A DNA stretch of 64,000 bases from Spirochaetia bacterium (lineage in GTDB: Bacteria > Spirochaetota > Spirochaetia > UBA9216). The position numbers were made by a program, and so were the translations under genes. Position 1 is the first letter of the stretch; each line of letters begins with the position of its first letter. This document shows, piece by piece, positions 60,185-64,000 of the stretch. Where the stretch lies: positions 416,001 through 480,000 of the forward strand of contig OZ223264.1 in assembly GCA_965140585.1 (NCBI GenBank), read 5' to 3'. Under the pieces are notes generated by a model that did not search any database, was not told the origin of the DNA, and saw nothing but the letters and a program-made list of their open reading frames with translations.

Positions 60185-63100
60185 TGAAACCCGATATTTA
60201 CCAGCAGGCTGTAATAGATTCCAACACTAACTCGGTTGTCTCTGCAGGCGCCGGTTCAGGCAAGACAACAGTTCTTGCCCTGCGGTTCCTCCGGCTTGTG
60301 GCTGAAGGCCGTGCAGATGTCTCGGAGATTCTTACGCTGACTTTTACCCGCAAGGCTGCGGCTGAAATGTATGAAAGAATATACAGGCTGATGTCCTCGG
60401 AGCCTTCAAATCAAAGGGTAGCCGATGCCGCAGCCTCATTTGACAAGGCCGTTATCTCAACACTGGACAGCTTCTGCTCGAGGATTGCACGCGACTGCTG
60501 CGGCATGTTCGGGATAGCACCGGGCTTTGTTACAGATGAGAGCCTTGCTTCCGAACTTTCCGGGGCCGCAGGGCTTGAGTTTATTCTGAGTCACAGGGAA
60601 GACAGGGCCCTTACTGAGTTCATCTATATCAACGGATTTGAAAAGGTATGGCACGAATATTTTGAATGGCTTTCTTCGGCATGTTTTTCAATAGGAAACC
60701 CGCTGGATTTTTCAGATATCTTTCAGAAGCAGATGCATACCGCCGAAAACGATCTGAAAACAGCTGTCCGAAGGCTTTCGGAATTTACCGCAAATGCCGC
60801 GGCGCTTGAGCCTGTAACAGAAAGTATGAAAACCGCTGCTGCAAGCCTTCCCGACATGGAAATAATTGCAGAACTTACTGCAAATGCTGATTTCTCAGGG
60901 CTGCTAAAATATCTGGCCACGGTTAAAACTGAAAAGCCGCGCGGAGCCTCAAAAAAGGAAGAGTTCGTTAGCTTCAAGGAATATGTAGATGAAATAAGGG
61001 ACTTCCTGTCTGTAATTAGTGAAATTACCGGTATGCTGGACAGCCGGGAGCTTATTGAGAAACTATTCGCTCTTACTCAGGAATTTCAGACTCAGCTGTT
61101 TAGAAAAAAACGACTCAGCGGGATTTTAAGTTTCGGAGATGTTCAGAGTATTGCGGTAGAAGGCCTCAAGCAGGATAAGAATCTGCGCCGCTACTATAAA
61201 AGCCTCTTCCGGTTCATCATGATCGATGAGTTTCAGGATAACAACAGCGTTCAGAAAGATCTGCTCTATCTGCTTGCAGAAAAGGAAGGGCAGGAAGCCG
61301 ACGGAATCCCCGGAACCGCTGATCTTGATCCGGGAAAACTCTTCTTTGTAGGTGATGAAAAGCAGTCAATCTACATGTTCCGGGGAGCTGATGTCAGCGT
61401 GTTTAAACAGCTGAGCAGCGAACTGGCTGAAGCCGGCGGACAGGCCCTCTCTCTTAAACGGAACTATCGAAGCGATCCGGGCCTTATCGGGTTTTTCAAC
61501 AAGGTTTTCAGCAATGCCATGAGCGAAAGTTCCGAGGACTATCAGGCCGCTTTCGAAGCACTCGAACCGGGGCTTTCGCCTCTGGATAAAGCTCCTGATA
61601 TCAGGCTCCTGTATAAGAGCTGGAATCAGAGCCCCGAAGAGGATGATGTTCATCACGATGAGGCCGAGGCCTGGAGTATTGCAGAGTACATAAAAAAGAC
61701 TCTCGGCGTTCTTGATGTATCTGAAAAGGGGGAGCTCAGAAAGGCTGCCTACCGTGATTACGCTGTGCTTTTCAGATCCGGAGCCAACCAGAAAACCTAC
61801 GAGAAAGTTTTCAGGGCAATGTCTATTCCATACGATGTCCATTCAACCAGAACCTTATTCCAGGAGGCTCCGGTTAACGATATCTACAGCTTTCTGCAGA
61901 TCTGCCTTTACCCGCAGGATCGGGCAGCCTCTGCTGCGGTAATCCGCTCGCCCTTCATGAATCTTTCAGATAAAAGCTTTATAAGCCTGATGCTTTCTGA
62001 AAATCCTCTTTTCACTGAGGGAAACGAGGACCTCTGCAGCAGCGGGGATGACCTTTTGAAATACAGGACGGCAGCCCCTCTTTATTCTGAAATCTCATCA
62101 TCCCTGGACCGTGTTCCGCTTGCAGATATAGTATCCTCGCTGTGGTTCAAGTCGGGCTACAGGTACATCCTTCTTGCAAATCCGGAATACAGCGGTTATC
62201 TGGAATATTTTGACTATCTGCGGACACTTGCTGCCCAGGCAGATGAACGTTCAGAGACAGCTGCAGTCTTTCTTGATTATCTGCGTGAGAACCTCGGTGA
62301 ATACCGCAAGGTTAACGATCTCAATATTCTGAAATATTCTACCGGCGGTGTAAGGATGATGCCGGTTCACCAGTCAAAGGGGCTGGAGTTTCCGATTGTG
62401 ATAATTGCCAACTCCGGCAATACAGGGATGAATGATACCGGAAGTTCGATGCCTGCCTGTATCTCCGATAAATACGGGCTGTCATTCAACCTTGTTGCTC
62501 CCGATACCTCCGGAAAGGGACGAGCCCGCTGTAATTATTTCTACACCCTTGGAAAAAATGAACGTAAGGCCCGTGAGGAAGCAGAACTACGCAGGCTTTT
62601 CTATGTTGCACTCACAAGGGCCGGAAACCATCTTGTGATTTCAGGCTGTCACGGCAGGCAGAACAGGAATTCTCCCGCCTCGATGCTTAATATCTTTCTT
62701 GCTTCGGCCGGAATGAGCTATGAGACGGTTTTTGATGCTGATCAGGATCTTTTCACAGTTGAGGAAATTAGGGACCGCAAATGGTTCGAGAGAACTGAGG
62801 CCGGAGCGGCTAAATCACCAGATGATGCAATGGTTATCAGTCAGTACAGGCAGAAGGCACCGCTTGATTTCAGCCGGCCGAAGTATCAGTATTCAGCCAC
62901 CGGTCTTAATGCTGAATTAAATACTCAAGCAGCGTATTCTGATGAGAATATGCTTTCAGAGCTTGGTGAACCCGCCTCGTCAATTATTGCAGAATCGGGA
63001 CTTGAGGCCGCTTTCGGAACACTATGCCACCGGATTATCGAGTACCGGATTAAGAAGGCCGATTACGGTTCGACTGAACTGCAGCCTCAGTTTGCAGGGA

Positions 63101-63459
63101 TTGATGAAAAAGGCTGGCCGGCAGTCTATGCCGAAGCACTGCGAATATCCGACGGTTTTTTTGTCTCTGATGTATGGGGGGCCGCAGGGACAGCTTTAAA
63201 TATTGAGTCGGAACTTGCCTTTACCCTGCTGACTGAGCACGAGGGCAGGGAGATAACGGTAAACGGAATTATGGACCTTGTAATTGAGCTTGCCGACAGG
63301 GTTATTATTGTTGATTTCAAGACGGACCGCTACTGTCTGCCGGAGGAATACAGTACCCAGATGAAGCTTTACGTCAGGGCTGCCCGGAGTATTTATTCCA
63401 AACCGGCTGAATGCAGGCTTTTCTACCTGCGTGATGCGGTTGAAATTGTATCAGCCTGA
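60184..63459 (+). CDS. AddA/RexA-like UvrD helicase-nuclease
   Basis: AGAGSGKT, TFTRKAA, DEFQD, VGDEKQSIY.FRGA, HQSKGLEF, YVALTRA and DFKTD motifs. Confidence 0.92.
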   Translation: MKPDIYQQAVIDSNTNSVVSAGAGSGKTTVLALRFLRLVAEGRADVSEILTLTFTRKAAAEMYERIYRLMSSEPSNQRVADAAASFDKAVISTLDSFCSRIARDCCGMFGIAPGFVTDESLASELSGAAGLEFILSHREDRALTEFIYINGFEKVWHEYFEWLSSACFSIGNPLDFSDIFQKQMHTAENDLKTAVRRLSEFTANAAALEPVTESMKTAAASLPDMEIIAELTANADFSGLLKYLATVKTEKPRGASKKEEFVSFKEYVDEIRDFLSVISEITGMLDSRELIEKLFALTQEFQTQLFRKKRLSGILSFGDVQSIAVEGLKQDKNLRRYYKSLFRFIMIDEFQDNNSVQKDLLYLLAEKEGQEADGIPGTADLDPGKLFFVGDEKQSIYMFRGADVSVFKQLSSELAEAGGQALSLKRNYRSDPGLIGFFNKVFSNAMSESSEDYQAAFEALEPGLSPLDKAPDIRLLYKSWNQSPEEDDVHHDEAEAWSIAEYIKKTLGVLDVSEKGELRKAAYRDYAVLFRSGANQKTYEKVFRAMSIPYDVHSTRTLFQEAPVNDIYSFLQICLYPQDRAASAAVIRSPFMNLSDKSFISLMLSENPLFTEGNEDLCSSGDDLLKYRTAAPLYSEISSSLDRVPLADIVSSLWFKSGYRYILLANPEYSGYLEYFDYLRTLAAQADERSETAAVFLDYLRENLGEYRKVNDLNILKYSTGGVRMMPVHQSKGLEFPIVIIANSGNTGMNDTGSSMPACISDKYGLSFNLVAPDTSGKGRARCNYFYTLGKNERKAREEAELRRLFYVALTRAGNHLVISGCHGRQNRNSPASMLNIFLASAGMSYETVFDADQDLFTVEEIRDRKWFERTEAGAAKSPDDAMVISQYRQKAPLDFSRPKYQYSATGLNAELNTQAAYSDENMLSELGEPASSIIAESGLEAAFGTLCHRIIEYRIKKADYGSTELQPQFAGIDEKGWPAVYAEALRISDGFFVSDVWGAAGTALNIESELAFTLLTEHEGREITVNGIMDLVIELADRVIIVDFKTDRYCLPEEYSTQMKLYVRAARSIYSKPAECRLFYLRDAVEIVSA

Positions 63460-63482
63460 AAATTATGTTAGAATCCATATCA

Positions 63483-64000
63483 ATGAGTGAAGAGAGCGGA
63501 TTAACATTTAGTGAAGCTTCTGAAGTCCTTAACCGTCTGGTTGAGGAGGCATCAAGGGTAATCAAGGGAAAGAGAGAGTTTCTTGAGTATCTTGTAACGG
63601 CTGCCGCCTCCGGCGGACATGTCCTTGTTGAGGATATGCCGGGACTGGGGAAAACAACCGCCGCGAAGACCCTTGCCTCTCTGATAGATACATCGGAGAG
63701 TGATTTCCCGGGCTTCAGCAGGATTCAGTTTACGCCCGACCTGCTTCCCTATGATATAACCGGTGTTGATGTTTTTCACCCCGAGTCGGGCAGCTTCAAT
63801 TTCGCGCACGGACCGGTGTTCACCTCCATCCTGCTTGCTGATGAAATAAACCGTACAACTCCGAAGGTTCAGTCTGCCCTGCTTGAGGTTATGGCCGAGC
63901 ATCAGGTTACAGTAGGCGGAAAAACACACAGCCTGGGTGAATTCTTTTTCGTAATGGCAACTCAGAACCCCGTTGAAATAGAAGGAACATATACCCTTCC
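63483..64000 (+). CDS. MoxR family AAA+ ATPase (3' partial)
   Basis: Translated by hand: GHVLVEDMPGLGKT, RIQFTPDLLP, ADEINR, QSALLE and ATQNP; runs off the window. Confidence 0.93.
   Translation, partial: MSEESGLTFSEASEVLNRLVEEASRVIKGKREFLEYLVTAAASGGHVLVEDMPGLGKTTAAKTLASLIDTSESDFPGFSRIQFTPDLLPYDITGVDVFHPESGSFNFAHGPVFTSILLADEINRTTPKVQSALLEVMAEHQVTVGGKTHSLGEFFFVMATQNPVEIEGTYTL

Noticed and set aside
63552-63929. 125-aa minus-strand ORF at the window end
   Set aside because: It is antisense to the clear MoxR ATPase, which the track missed because it runs off the window.

Overview
Bacterial chromosomal window, most likely from a free-living anaerobic spirochaete. This assignment is inferred from the gene set: a FlgD-Ig/OmpA protein, an HDOD protein, flgM with a sigma-28 promoter, a DUF4230 pair and AddAB-like proteins. 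Most of the window is core genome: pheST, a complete pyrD-pyrK-pyrC-pyrE/F-pyrB-pyrI operon, rlmE, rsmI, add, flgM, tRNA-Ala(GGC), addBA-like genes, a partial moxR and signalling genes. One accessory region (about 5.78-18.58 kb) is visibly AT-richer and is bracketed by a 38-bp imperfect inverted repeat. It has no recognisable integrase or transposase. It opens with a ~125-nt fold-back that pairs the -35, -10 and SD of a GxxExxY gene (Frpo-like ssDNA-promoter architecture). It also carries ccdAB, a NERD nuclease, two decayed genes and a sigma-54-controlled transporter/RidA/C-S lyase/DUF169 operon. Features absent from the ORF track include a Phe-rich leader peptide with a full attenuator before pheS, a U-rich terminator fused to the pyrD stop (candidate UTP-sensing attenuator), a candidate sRNA, several apparently leaderless genes, and a pair of complementary class III cyclase-like genes. 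All calls come from reading motifs by eye; no searches were run.
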